54,612 nucleotides of DNA from an uncultured Collinsella sp. (GCA_902494935.1 CABUVH010000001.1:1-54612), one strand, 5' to 3'; positions 1 to 10,025 are shown, counted from the stretch's first letter. Notes: generated by a model from the letters alone, not told the origin. Translations and numbers: made by a program.

Positions 1-91
1 CGCACTCCGCAGGACGAAAGAACCCCCGCCGCACGAAGTGCGCAGCGGGGGTTCTTTCATGTCCGAGGACGCGCTGGGAAGTTACCCCATG
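1..91. repeat. Interrupted long palindrome (purine-mismatch hairpin family, copy A), truncated by the window start
   Basis: GCACTCCGCAGGACGAA-AGAACCCCCGC-CGCAC-GAA-GTGCG-CA-GCGGGGGTTCT-TTCATGTCCGAGGACGC; same flanking motifs as 2451-2571. Confidence 0.7.
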
Positions 92-120
92 CGGACGGCG
101 GACAACTATGTAGCCTTGGA

Positions 121-852
121 CTAGAACATACCCAAGAAACCATGCACAAACAGCGCAGCCAGAGCGGCGCCGACAAACGGAGCGATGCCAGGAACGAGCA
201 GGCCGTACTTCCAGTTGTTGTCAGCCTTGTTCTTGATCGGCAGCACCTGATAGGCCATGCGAGGACCAAGGTCACGGGCTTGGTTCATGGCGAAGCCGGT
301 GATGCCGCCCATGCCCATGCCAACGGCCCAAACGATCAGGCCGACGCAGATAGCGAGCATCAGGACATTCTCGCCAGCACGGTTAGCAGCAGCAAGGATG
401 GCGCTGATGAACACAAAAGTGCAGATAGCCTCGCAGAAGAAATTACGGGCATAGTTCGTACCCTCGGTGGTGGGGTTGGTCGAGAAGATATTGCGCTGGG
501 CAATGGGATCGACGACGCCATCGGAAGCCTTGAACTCATCGGCATACATCAACCACGCGATCACGGCACCCGCAAAGCCGCCGAGCATATCGGCAATCAT
601 GAAGGGGATGCAGCTGCTCCACGGCACCAGGCCTACGATGCACTGGGCAAGCACCATGGCGGGGTTCATGCACACGGCGCCGCCAAAGACAAACAGGCAG
701 ACCGAGATGCCAAAAGACCAGGTGGTGATGGCAAACATGTGGCCGGAGCCCTGATACTTGGTGCCCTTGAGCACGGTATCGCAGTGCACGCCCACGCCAA
801 AGATGATCATGAGGGCCGTTGCGCCGAATTCACAGAGGAGTTTGGTAAGCAT
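121..852 (-). CDS. larD: MIP/aquaglyceroporin, D/L-lactic acid channel LarD-like
   Basis: Six hydrophobic segments; NPA and NQARDLGPR motifs; ALMIIFGVGVHC...KGTKY.GSGH.FAITTW N-terminus typical of the LarD/GlpF1 subfamily; directly downstream of larA. Confidence 0.8.
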   Translation of the reverse strand: MLTKLLCEFGATALMIIFGVGVHCDTVLKGTKYQGSGHMFAITTWSFGISVCLFVFGGAVCMNPAMVLAQCIVGLVPWSSCIPFMIADMLGGFAGAVIAWLMYADEFKASDGVVDPIAQRNIFSTNPTTEGTNYARNFFCEAICTFVFISAILAAANRAGENVLMLAICVGLIVWAVGMGMGGITGFAMNQARDLGPRMAYQVLPIKNKADNNWKYGLLVPGIAPFVGAALAALFVHGFLGMF

Positions 853-901
853 AAAACCTTATCTTTCTTGTCGGTTACAAACGATTCGTTTAGGCCGCGC
901 A

Positions 902-2179
902 CTAGTGCTGCGCGACGACAACGCCCAGGCCATCGGGAATGACGGCCACCTTGGCATCGGCACCCTTCATCTCAAAGGCGAGCTTGAGCGCCTCCTCGAG
1001 GGTGTTGACCGGCGTCATGTGCATATCCTTGATCATCTGGTGATCGCACAGGTCGGTGACCATGATCACAGGGTGATGCGCCAGGATGCGGGCAAAGATC
1101 TGGCTCGTCCACTGGTCGGGCAGGGTCTCGTCCTTAGGACGGTCGATGCAGGCGCGCTCAAACTCTGCCGGATCGTTGTCGGCGATGTTGTGATAGAAGC
1201 CCTCGCCACCGTGACCGTCGGCGCAACCGGCGACATCAATGATCACGCCGCCCTCGGGAAGCGTGGCCTCGGCAGCGCACATGCCCTTCACGGCCTGGTA
1301 GATGTTCTGGTCGAGCGGGTAGCCGCCGTTGGTGGTGATGGCAATCTCGCACTCGACGGGCTCAACGCCGGCAAGGCTCTTCACGAACTCGCAGCCGGCC
1401 TCGTGCGCCTTGTGCATGTCGCCGGCAAAGGAGCCGATGACCTCGTGCTTGCCGTTGAGCACCACGTTAAGCACAAAGGCAAGGTGAGCCATCTCGGCAG
1501 CGGCAAACATGTCCTCGCTCACGTGGTTGTGGCACAGGTTGCCGGCACGCGAGTGGGAATCATTCACAAACTGACCGTTGTGGTTGTACATGATGGTCTT
1601 GTAGCTGGCGATACCGGGCAGGACGGACTTGCGGCTACCAGAGAAACCGGCAAAGAAGTGCGGCTCAATGAAGCCCTCGGCAAGCAGCAGATCGCAATCG
1701 GCAGCAATCTTGTTGATGATGCACTCGCCGCCAGAAGGCAGAGTGCCGATCTTTTTCATCATGCTGTCGTCAGTCGCGACGTGCATAACGATTTCCTCGT
1801 TGGCAACGATCTCCTCGCCGTACTTGTTGACGAGCTCCTCGTGCGTCGACGGACGGTGCATACCCGTAGCAACCAAAATACGCACTCGAGCCTCAGGTGC
1901 AGCGGAATGGATGTGATGCAGCAGAATAGGCATCGTCACACGCGAGGGAACGGGACGCGTATGATCGGAGCTAATAATGACAATATCCTTCTTGCCAGCG
2001 CAAAGCTCCTCGAGCGAAGGCGAGCCATAAGGGTTGGCAAGCGACTCCTCTACCAGCTCTTCCTGCGATTTTGTAGTCTTAAACTCGTTTTGATGACCTT
2101 CCATCACACCCGCGAAGTTCTTATCCTCGAGCTCCAGATGCAACGTCTTGTGGTCAAACGGCAGTTCACATTCAAACAA
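902..2179 (-). CDS. larA: Nickel-pincer-dependent lactate racemase LarA
   Basis: Motifs SDHTRP, ATGMHR, PHFFAGFSGSRKS, YPLDQNIYQAVKG, DQW; TTG start at 2179 behind AAAGGAAG gives 425 aa, the usual LarA size (ORF track over-extends to 2386). Confidence 0.9.
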   Translation of the reverse strand: MFECELPFDHKTLHLELEDKNFAGVMEGHQNEFKTTKSQEELVEESLANPYGSPSLEELCAGKKDIVIISSDHTRPVPSRVTMPILLHHIHSAAPEARVRILVATGMHRPSTHEELVNKYGEEIVANEEIVMHVATDDSMMKKIGTLPSGGECIINKIAADCDLLLAEGFIEPHFFAGFSGSRKSVLPGIASYKTIMYNHNGQFVNDSHSRAGNLCHNHVSEDMFAAAEMAHLAFVLNVVLNGKHEVIGSFAGDMHKAHEAGCEFVKSLAGVEPVECEIAITTNGGYPLDQNIYQAVKGMCAAEATLPEGGVIIDVAGCADGHGGEGFYHNIADNDPAEFERACIDRPKDETLPDQWTSQIFARILAHHPVIMVTDLCDHQMIKDMHMTPVNTLEEALKLAFEMKGADAKVAVIPDGLGVVVAQH

Positions 2180-2450
2180 TGACGAGCGCCCTCTTCCTTT
2201 CAACTGACACACTAGATAAACCGTTGGAAGGATACGCCGCTCACCGAAAAACTCCACCGTCCACCGACTCATTAACACAACGTTCATATTTGACCCATAA
2301 CAAAACGGCCGCGACCCCAAACGGGACCGCAGCCGCAACAGTCGTAAGGCGAGAAGCGCCAAATGCGCCACCGGGATAGACCCCATCCAAAACGCGCGGA
2401 GCGCACTTTATTTTCATCAGCTTTAATCCCTGAAGACCGAGGACGAAGGA

Positions 2451-2571
2451 ACCCGATGGGTTTCCCTCTGAATGCATTCCGCAGCACGAAGCCCCCTTAT
2501 CCGCAGCTCCGAAGGAGCAGGATAAGGAGGCTTCAAGTGCGAGGACGCATTCAGAGGGAAACCCATCGGGT
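2451..2571. repeat. 121-bp interrupted palindrome (purine-mismatch hairpin family, copy B)
   Basis: Perfect 25-bp inverted repeat 2451-2475/2547-2571; inner stems with GCA/GA bulges; apical C-GAA-G loop. Confidence 0.8.
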
Positions 2572-2597
2572 CCCGGTGAGAGCCACAGGGCTATCGA

Positions 2598-5423
2598 TTA
2601 CCCCGTGTTCTGCAATCCTGCCGAGACGCCGGTCACAGTCGAAAGAATCAGGCTCATGTACTCGGCCTTCTTCTCCTCGGCCATCTCGTCCTGGTTCATA
2701 CGCACCTCGCGAAGGGCGCGGACCTGGGCGATGGACAGGGCGTCGACATAGGGGTTGCGCACGCGGACAGCGCAGCCGAGCACGCGGCGATGCTGCAGCG
2801 GCCACTCGTCACCGACGATGGCAAGGACCCACTTACGGGTGAGCTGCATCTCGGTAAAGACCTTCTTGGACAGGTCGTCGCGGTCGCCCAGGTGCAGATA
2901 CATCTTGGCGATGCGCTGGTCGGTCTTGGCGATCGACATCTCGATGTTGTCGATAAAGGTGCGGAAGAACGGCCACTCCTGGTAGGCAGCCTTGAGCTGA
3001 TCAAGGTCACCCAACTGCTCGCAAGCGGTACCCAGGCCGTACCAAGCGGCCAGATTGATGCGCGCCTGGCTCCAGCTGAAGATCCACGGAATGGTACGCA
3101 GGTCGTCGAGCGACTTGGCACCCAAGCCGCGCTTGGCGGGACGTGAGCCGATCGGCAGCAGACCGACCTCGGTCAGCGGCGTCACGGTCGAGAACCACGG
3201 TGTAAAGTCCTCGGTGTTCAGCAGGTCCAGATAGCGCTCGTGGCTTGCAGCGTTAAGCTTCTCGGCCATATCCCAGAACTTCTGCGTGGTCTCGGTGTTG
3301 GTCTTCTCGACACTCGGGGCCGACTGCAAAAGCGTTGCGGCGGCAACGGACTCAACATGGCGCTGAGCCAGCGTGCGGTTGCCGTAACGGGCAAAGATGA
3401 CCTCGCCCTGCTCGGTAAGCTTAAAGAAGCAGTTGACCGAACCCTTGGGCTGCGCCAGCACGGCCTTGTTGGCCGGGCCGCCGCCACGGCCCACGGCACC
3501 GCCGCGACCGTGCATGAGCACCAGGTCGATATCGTTCTTCTCGGCCCACTTGGCAATGCGCTCCTGCGCGGAGTGCAGCGCGAGCATGGCCGTGGTAGGA
3601 CCGGCATCCTTGGAGGAGTCGGAGTAGCCCAGCATGACCTCCATGCGGCGGTTGGTCTGGGCAAGGCGCTTTTGCACCACGGGCAGCGTAAGCATCTGGT
3701 CGAGCACGTCGACGCAGCCCTCGAGGTCCTCGAGCTGCTCGAACAGCGGAATCACGTCGAGCTCGGGGACATCCTCCTCGTGTGCAAAGGACAGGTGGGC
3801 AAGCTCAAAGACGTCGGCCACATGCTGGGCGCTCTTGGTAAACGAGATGATGTAGCGGTGCGCCATCTTCTTGCCGTAGCGCTTTTGGATGGAGCCGATA
3901 GCACGGAAGGTATCGATGACTTCGCGCGTCATGGGCTGCAGGTCGCCATGGATACCGTTCTCGTGGATATCCTTGAGGGCGCGGGCATGCACCACGGAGT
4001 GCTGACGGAACTCCATCTCGACCATATGGAAGCCGAAGGACTCGACTTGCCAGATGATGGTCTGGACCGGGCCGTAGGCGGCACGGACGGCACCGCAGGC
4101 GGCCAGCGAACGCTGGACGACGCGCAGGTCATCCAGGAACTCGTCGGCGCTGTGGTACATGGTGTCGGTGATACGGCGCACGGTGGCGTTCAGACGGTCG
4201 GCCATGACGAGCATGACGGCGCGATGCGGCTCGTGCTCGGAGATCAGCTCGGCGCGGGCCGTGTACCGAGGGCTCATCTCGACCTGATGGTTCCACAGGT
4301 TAATGAGCTCGGCCGACGGCTTGCTGTAGGTGGCCTCGAGCGTCAGGTTGCGGCCGATGTGGCGGCACTTGTCCTCGAGCTTGAGCACCATGTGCGTAAA
4401 GTACTTGGCGGCGACCTCACGGCTCACCTTGGCGGTGACGTTGGGGTTACCGTCGCGGTCGGAACCGATCCAGCTGCCGGGATGGAAGAACGCCGGGCAC
4501 AGCGGCGGCACAGTACCGGCCTTGTCGCCCAGCACCCAATCGTCAAAACGACGATAGATAACGGGGATAACGTCGAACAGCGTGTTATCGAAGATGTCGA
4601 TGATGGTATCGGCTTCCTCGACCGGCGTGGGCTTCTTGAGCGCGATGGGGCTCGTACGCACCAGGGCGTCGATCTCCTGCAGCATATGGCGCTCGTTCTC
4701 CACCAGGTCGGAGCCGCCCAGACGCGGACGCTCCTCCAGCAGGTTGGAGATACGGCGGATCTTGCCCTCGACGGCCTTACGACGGGCCTCGGTGGGATGT
4801 GCGGTAAAGACAGGGTGGAACTCGAGCTTGTCGAGCAGCTCGTTGGCACCCTCGACACCCAGCTCATTCACCAGCTGGTGATAGGCAACGGTAAGCTCGT
4901 TGGCAGGATCGACCTCGGTATCGGTCGACGCACCGGCCTCGCGCTCGCGCAGCTGCGCCACACGGTAGTTCTCCTCCGACAGGTTTGCCAGATGGAAAAA
5001 GCTCGTAAAGGCGCGGACAATGACCTGCTGCTTATCGAGCGGCAGGCTGTCGATCAAATCGACGACCTCACGAAATGCCACGGCAGTGGGCTCGTCGGCG
5101 GTGGGCACGCCCTGCTCGTCGACGGCTTCGTCGGCAGCGCAGGTACCGGGGTTGCCGGCATTGACCACAATCTCGGCTGTCAAAATCTTGTCGAACAGGT
5201 CCGCGATCTCGGGATCATACTCGCTAAGCACACGGCGCTCCAGGCGCAAGAACAGCGCCAGATTGTCGCGCAGCTCCTCGGGGATCTCGATCTCGGCGAG
5301 ACGCTCCCTGGACTCGGCATTCGAGCCGATTCGGTTAACGAGGCGGTTGACCACGGCAGCGACGCGCGCCGCGGCTTCGGGTACAGACTGGTTGCTTAGG
5401 TTCTCAGCCACGTTTCCTCCCAT
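2598..5423 (-). CDS. ppc: Phosphoenolpyruvate carboxylase
   Basis: VFTAHPT, GSWIGSDRDGNP, VMLGYSDS, HGRGGAVGRGG, LRTIPWIF, terminal LQNTG; alternative GTG start at 5411. Confidence 0.97.
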   Translation of the reverse strand: MGGNVAENLSNQSVPEAAARVAAVVNRLVNRIGSNAESRERLAEIEIPEELRDNLALFLRLERRVLSEYDPEIADLFDKILTAEIVVNAGNPGTCAADEAVDEQGVPTADEPTAVAFREVVDLIDSLPLDKQQVIVRAFTSFFHLANLSEENYRVAQLREREAGASTDTEVDPANELTVAYHQLVNELGVEGANELLDKLEFHPVFTAHPTEARRKAVEGKIRRISNLLEERPRLGGSDLVENERHMLQEIDALVRTSPIALKKPTPVEEADTIIDIFDNTLFDVIPVIYRRFDDWVLGDKAGTVPPLCPAFFHPGSWIGSDRDGNPNVTAKVSREVAAKYFTHMVLKLEDKCRHIGRNLTLEATYSKPSAELINLWNHQVEMSPRYTARAELISEHEPHRAVMLVMADRLNATVRRITDTMYHSADEFLDDLRVVQRSLAACGAVRAAYGPVQTIIWQVESFGFHMVEMEFRQHSVVHARALKDIHENGIHGDLQPMTREVIDTFRAIGSIQKRYGKKMAHRYIISFTKSAQHVADVFELAHLSFAHEEDVPELDVIPLFEQLEDLEGCVDVLDQMLTLPVVQKRLAQTNRRMEVMLGYSDSSKDAGPTTAMLALHSAQERIAKWAEKNDIDLVLMHGRGGAVGRGGGPANKAVLAQPKGSVNCFFKLTEQGEVIFARYGNRTLAQRHVESVAAATLLQSAPSVEKTNTETTQKFWDMAEKLNAASHERYLDLLNTEDFTPWFSTVTPLTEVGLLPIGSRPAKRGLGAKSLDDLRTIPWIFSWSQARINLAAWYGLGTACEQLGDLDQLKAAYQEWPFFRTFIDNIEMSIAKTDQRIAKMYLHLGDRDDLSKKVFTEMQLTRKWVLAIVGDEWPLQHRRVLGCAVRVRNPYVDALSIAQVRALREVRMNQDEMAEEKKAEYMSLILSTVTGVSAGLQNTG

Positions 5424-5668
5424 TCCTCCTTCTATGCACGTAACATGCGGTATTCATTATAGGCGCTTGAGAAATACTTTCGACACTGATTGCGCTTTAC
5501 CACACAAAAGTATTTTCTGCATTGCAAAGGTTTTTGCCCTAAATGGTCGTATTTCTCGGTGGGCGGCATACGTAAACGGGGGCATTCCGCATAAAAGCGA
5601 AACACCCCCGTAACAATCGCTCTCCATGAGCAGGGCACGTTAGCAGGCCCGAAGCTCAAAAAGATGCG

Positions 5669-6982
5669 CTACAGGCGCTCGCGAACCGCCTCGACGACGT
5701 TGTCCAGATCGGCGAGCACCTCGTCATGGCTCTGCATGTCGCGCACTTTGACCTTGCCGGCGGCAAGCTCGTCGCCACCCAGGACCAAGATGAGCTTGGC
5801 GCCTACCTTATCGGCTTGCTTAAACTGGGCCTTGAGCGAACGACCCTGATAGTCGGCCTCGGTCACGATACCTGCGGCGCGAAGCTCCTGCGTAATGGCA
5901 AAGACGTTCTGACGCAGCTCCTTGCCGGCGTTGGCGACATAGACGCACGGGGCCTCATCGGCACCCAAATCGCTGCCAAAGGCCTGCAGGGCCAGCAGGG
6001 CGCGCTCAAAACCGACAGCAAAGCCGACGCCCGCCGTGGGCTTGCCACCCTCGAGCTCGACCAGGCCATCGTAGCGGCCGCCGCCGCCGATGGAGCCGAC
6101 GCCGGCGCCAGGGGCCTCGACCTCAAAGACAGTACGGGTGTAGTAGTCCAGGCCGCGCACCAAGGTGGGATCCTCGACATACTCGATACCAGCGGCATCC
6201 AGATAGCGCTTGACCTGCTCGTAGTGCTCGCGGCACTCATCGCACAGGTTGTCACCCATCAGCGGAGCCTCGGCCATGATCTCGCGGCAGTGGTCGTTCT
6301 TGCAGTCGAAGGCACGCAGCGGGTTGAGCTCGGCGCGCTCGCGGCACTCATCGCACATCTCGTCGGCGTGATCGAGGATGAACTGTTTAACCTGCTCGCG
6401 ATAGGCCGGACGGCATTGGGCATCGCCCATCGAGTTAATGAGCAGACGGAGCTTGGAAAGATCGAAGCCCAGGCGCTTGTAGAACTCCATGAGCATGATG
6501 ATGCACTCGGCGTCTGCCGCCGGATCGGGAGCGCCGAGCCACTCGATGCCCACCTGATGGAACTGGCGCAGGCGGCCCTTCTGGGGACGCTCGCCGCGGA
6601 ACATGGCCTCGGCGTAGTAAGCCTTAAACGGCGTGGAACCCTGGGGCACCAGGTTGTTCTCCACGACGGCGCGCACCACACCGGCCGTGCCCTCGGGACG
6701 AAGGGCCAGACGCTGCTTAGACTTGAGCTTGGTATCGGTGCCTTCGGTAAAGACGCGCTCCAGGTTGGCGCCGCTAAACACGCGGAACATCTCCTTGCGC
6801 ACGACGTCGGTCGACTGGCCGATGCCGTGGACAAACACGTCCACCTGCTCGATCGCGGGCGTCTCGATGGGCTTAAAGCCAAACGGCTCGAATACGCTGG
6901 CCGCAATCTGCTGCATCTTTTGCCAGGCGCGCATCTCGGCGCCGATAAGGTCGCGGGTTCCCTCCGCCTTCTGTGCCTGCAT
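5669..6982 (-). CDS. hisS: Histidine--tRNA ligase
   Basis: LALRPEGTAGVVRA, FRGERPQKGRLRQFHQ, LVRGLDYY, GGGGRYDGL; ATG at 6982 with AAAGG upstream. Confidence 0.97.
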   Translation of the reverse strand: MQAQKAEGTRDLIGAEMRAWQKMQQIAASVFEPFGFKPIETPAIEQVDVFVHGIGQSTDVVRKEMFRVFSGANLERVFTEGTDTKLKSKQRLALRPEGTAGVVRAVVENNLVPQGSTPFKAYYAEAMFRGERPQKGRLRQFHQVGIEWLGAPDPAADAECIIMLMEFYKRLGFDLSKLRLLINSMGDAQCRPAYREQVKQFILDHADEMCDECRERAELNPLRAFDCKNDHCREIMAEAPLMGDNLCDECREHYEQVKRYLDAAGIEYVEDPTLVRGLDYYTRTVFEVEAPGAGVGSIGGGGRYDGLVELEGGKPTAGVGFAVGFERALLALQAFGSDLGADEAPCVYVANAGKELRQNVFAITQELRAAGIVTEADYQGRSLKAQFKQADKVGAKLILVLGGDELAAGKVKVRDMQSHDEVLADLDNVVEAVRERL

Positions 6983-7113
6983 GGGCAAACACCTTTCTTT
7001 TGTATCGCGTCATAGATAGTGGACATTATACGGCACAAAGCAGCAACGCGGCGGCGCGTCTGACCGAACGAGGGTATGGGGACTCGTTCGGCCAGATGCG
7101 CCGCCGCTATTTG

Positions 7114-7177
7114 TGACCCGTTTTCCTCCGTCCCCTTCGGATCACGTGATCTGTTGGGGACGGAGGAAAACGGATCA
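7114..7177. repeat. GGGGAC-loop palindromic element (two inverted units)
   Basis: TGACCCG-TTTTCCTCCGTCCCC-TT-CGGATCA, then the inverted unit TGATCTG-TT-GGGGACGGAGGAAAA-CGGATCA. Confidence 0.75.
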
Positions 7178-7286
7178 TTTCGTAGGCCCGTGACCGCCTT
7201 GGAAACCGAATGATGGTACGAGCATCCGTGCGGCTTCCAGGGCGGCCACAAACAGAACGGGGCAAACAGAAAAGAGCGACGGACGT

Positions 7287-7445
7287 CTACTCCCCCGCCA
7301 CGCTTGCACGCAGCTTGGCGGCGATGGGCTCAGACGCCAGCAGAAACACCAACATAGCCACCGAGCACGCCAGGCACACAATCCAGGTGCTCGCAAAGGA
7401 GCCCGTGGCATCGAACAGCACACCCGAGACGATGGCGCCGGTAGT
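7287..7445 (-). pseudogene. C-terminal remnant (last two TM helices) of an MFS-type transporter
   Basis: TTGAIVSGVLFDATGSFASTWIVCLACSVAMLVFLLA resembles the TM11-TM12 G-x-x-x-D-x-x-G-S-Y/F pattern of MFS proteins; the upstream part of the ORF is just the translation of a palindrome. Confidence 0.6.
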
Positions 7446-7527
7446 GCCCAAGATTGCCTTGAAAGACAAGGGCATAGGCCTTATGGCCATGCCCGCAGGC
7501 TTGAAAGGCAAGATTGGGTGCTACCGG
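7438..7527. repeat. 90-bp palindrome with tandem GA mismatches, overlapping the amidohydrolase stop codon
   Basis: CCGGTAGTGCCCAAGATTGCCTTGAAAG...GGGCATAGGCC-TTAT-GGCCATGCCC...CTTGAAAGGCAAGATTGGGTGCTACCGG. Confidence 0.75.
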
Positions 7528-8819
7528 TGGTCGGCGATGTAGCCCAAAGCGACGGCGGCATAAGCCGCGGCGCCAAGGGGAAGCTCGGCATCGCTAAAAC
7601 GTGCCTTGGGATGATGCTGAGCAAAATGCTCGTCCGTATCAGTCACGGCAGCGCCCACGGTAAGGTACGCACTCGGGATCTCGCTCGAGATCAACGCGAA
7701 GTCCTCACTCGCCATGGCGTGGAACAGCGGCAGGAAGGTGGCCTTGGGCAGTGTCGCACCCACATAGCCAAGTGAAGCCTGGGTCATATTGTCATCGAGT
7801 ACCAGCGGCGGAACATCCGAGAGGGTCTCGATGGTCGCCGGCGTGCGATAGGTCGCGGCAACACCTTTGACAACCTCCGCGATGCGGGTCTTGAGGTGCT
7901 CCATGAGCTCGACGTCGAAGCCGCGCAGTGTGCCTTCCAGCACGCAGGTATCTGGAATGACGTTGGCCGCTTGGCCACCGGCAAACTTACCCACGGTCAG
8001 TGCGACCTCCTTGGCCGCCGGCACCTCGCGGGAGATGAGCTCCTGAAGCGCCAGATGCACATGGACGCCGGCCGTGATGGGGTCGATGCAGATCTCGGGG
8101 CTCGAGCCATGGCCGCCCTTGCCCTGAAGCGTGACGCGAAAACCGTACACGCCCGAGAGCGCCGGGCTGCCGTAGAGCACCAGGCCAAGCGGCGACTGGC
8201 TATTGACATGCATGGCAAAGGCGGCCTGGGGGCGTGGGCTCTGCAGCAAACCGTCGACGATGGCAGCACGGGCACCCTCAAAGGTTTCCTCGCCCGGCTG
8301 GAACAGCAACTTAACCGTGGCGTTGGCGTCGAGAAGCTCGGACTCGCGGGCCTTGAGCATACGAGCCGCACCAAGCAGCGCCGTCGCGTGCATATCGTGA
8401 CCGCAAGCATGCATGCAGCCATTGGTGGATGCAAAGGGCTCGCCGGATTCCTCGGCAACGGGAAGGGCATCCATGTCGCCGCGGAGCATGATGACCGTAC
8501 CGGCCTGCTTGTCCGTGCACGTACCGTTACCCCGAGCAGCAGCTGCCGCGCCGGCACCGATAAGGCCAACGACACAGGAGCCGTCGACAAGCACGGCATA
8601 GGGAATATCCATCTCGTCCAGACGCGCCTGGATAAAGGCGGACGTCTGCGGAAGGTTGTTACCCAGCTCGGGCATCTGGTGTAGATCGTGTCGCCACACA
8701 GCAAGCTCGTCTGCAAAAGTCTGAGCTTCTGCAACAAGACCGTCACCGATAGCGGCCTGCGCCGCTGCGGTAGCCTTGGGCGCTGGTTGCGGTTGAAAAT
8801 CGGACAAAGCTGGTGCCAT
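7521..8819 (-). CDS. M20D (Acy1-like) amidohydrolase
   Basis: RGDMDALP, MHACGHDMH, FQPGEE, GKGGHGS, SEDF, HHP motifs; ATG 8819 with GGAGG. Confidence 0.92.
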   Translation of the reverse strand: MAPALSDFQPQPAPKATAAAQAAIGDGLVAEAQTFADELAVWRHDLHQMPELGNNLPQTSAFIQARLDEMDIPYAVLVDGSCVVGLIGAGAAAAARGNGTCTDKQAGTVIMLRGDMDALPVAEESGEPFASTNGCMHACGHDMHATALLGAARMLKARESELLDANATVKLLFQPGEETFEGARAAIVDGLLQSPRPQAAFAMHVNSQSPLGLVLYGSPALSGVYGFRVTLQGKGGHGSSPEICIDPITAGVHVHLALQELISREVPAAKEVALTVGKFAGGQAANVIPDTCVLEGTLRGFDVELMEHLKTRIAEVVKGVAATYRTPATIETLSDVPPLVLDDNMTQASLGYVGATLPKATFLPLFHAMASEDFALISSEIPSAYLTVGAAVTDTDEHFAQHHPKARFSDAELPLGAAAYAAVALGYIADHR

Positions 8820-8897
8820 AGATGCCCTCCAGTAACGTTTTTGCAGCAAGCACTTTGATAGCGTAAAGTGCAAAGTACAACTTTAAGGGCGACGCAT

Positions 8898-8924
8898 AAA
8901 AAATGCCGCCCCGGGAGGGCGGCG
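8898..8924 (-). terminator. Intrinsic terminator after the EamA gene
   Basis: GCCGCCC/GGGCGGC stem followed by T-tract on the minus strand. Confidence 0.65.
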
Positions 8925-8935
8925 CAACAAGTTGT

Positions 8936-9919
8936 TTACAATTGCGGGCGCGGCTTTTTGCGCAAAAAATCGAAGTGAGTCTCACTCAAGATAATCGACA
9001 GGAAGATAAGCACGAAGCCGGCGAGCAGGCGCGAGGTGAGCGCCTCCCCCATCAGCAGCACCGAAAACAACACGCCCGAAGGCGACTCCATCGAAAGGAG
9101 CAGTGAGCCCGTCGAAGCCGGGACATGCGCCAGGCCGACGTTTTGGATGAGCAGAGCCACGCATGTGCAGCCCACCGAGAGAAACGCCATCACACCGATA
9201 AAGTTCGGCGTCCACACGGACAGAGGCGCCTGGGTCTCGAATAGCAGCGACGAGACCAGACTCAGCACGCCGTTGCCCACAAACATCCAAAACGTGATGA
9301 CGTTGATGTCCATTTTGCGACCGTACTTGGCGGTCACCGCCATCTGGATGGCGAAGAAGACCGCACCCGCCAGCGTAATGACGTCACCGATGTTGAACTC
9401 GACGCTATCGAGCGCCACCAGGCCAATGCCCGCCAAGCACAGCAGTGCCGCGCCCAGGTTATAGCGGGTGAGTTTTTCGCCGCTCAGAAAATAGCTCGCG
9501 AACGGCACGAGGATGCAATACGTGCCCGTCAAAAAAGCATTCTTGCCCGCCGTAGTATGTGCCAGACCGACCGTCTGCAACGCATAGGCCGCCCACATGA
9601 GCACGCCCATACTCAGGCCAACGATCAGATTGCGAGCGTTGAAATGTGCAGTGATGCGCTTGTGGAAGACGGCAAACATGACCAACGCTGCAGGCAGAAA
9701 GCGTACATAGAGCAGCTCGAACACCGGAATGGTGCCGAGTGCGTCCTTCATAGTGGTAAAGGAGTAGCCCCAGATGACCGCCACCGAAAGTAGCAAAACT
9801 TTCCAGAACAGCGGGGAGCGTGCGCCGGCGCCCCTGGGAATACCGCCCGCGCCCAAATCCTCACGGGCCACAGGGCTATCGGGCATGTTTTCGATTTCGT
9901 TGGCAGCGTATTGGGCCAT
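8936..9919 (-). CDS. DMT/EamA family transporter
   Basis: About 10 TM helices in two EamA repeats; IWGYSF, LQTVGLAHTTAGKNAFLT, LSMESPSGVLFS. Confidence 0.9.
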   Translation of the reverse strand: MAQYAANEIENMPDSPVAREDLGAGGIPRGAGARSPLFWKVLLLSVAVIWGYSFTTMKDALGTIPVFELLYVRFLPAALVMFAVFHKRITAHFNARNLIVGLSMGVLMWAAYALQTVGLAHTTAGKNAFLTGTYCILVPFASYFLSGEKLTRYNLGAALLCLAGIGLVALDSVEFNIGDVITLAGAVFFAIQMAVTAKYGRKMDINVITFWMFVGNGVLSLVSSLLFETQAPLSVWTPNFIGVMAFLSVGCTCVALLIQNVGLAHVPASTGSLLLSMESPSGVLFSVLLMGEALTSRLLAGFVLIFLSIILSETHFDFLRKKPRPQL

Positions 9920-9990
9920 GGAACATCCTCACACTCAATCTGGGCGTGGTGTCCGCACGCGTATGGCTGCGTGCCGCCTCATGGTCAAAT

Positions 9991-10025
9991 AAAAACGGGG
10001 CGCACCGGACCCCCGGCACGCCCCG
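9991..10025 (-). terminator. Intrinsic terminator after the yhgE/pip pair
   Basis: CGGGGCG/CGCCCCG stem with T-tract on the minus strand. Confidence 0.6.

Noticed and set aside
6983..7110. T-box riboswitch upstream of hisS (also checked serS and metG)
   Set aside because: Leaders are short and lack the T-box consensus (GGTGGNACCGCG) and antiterminator.
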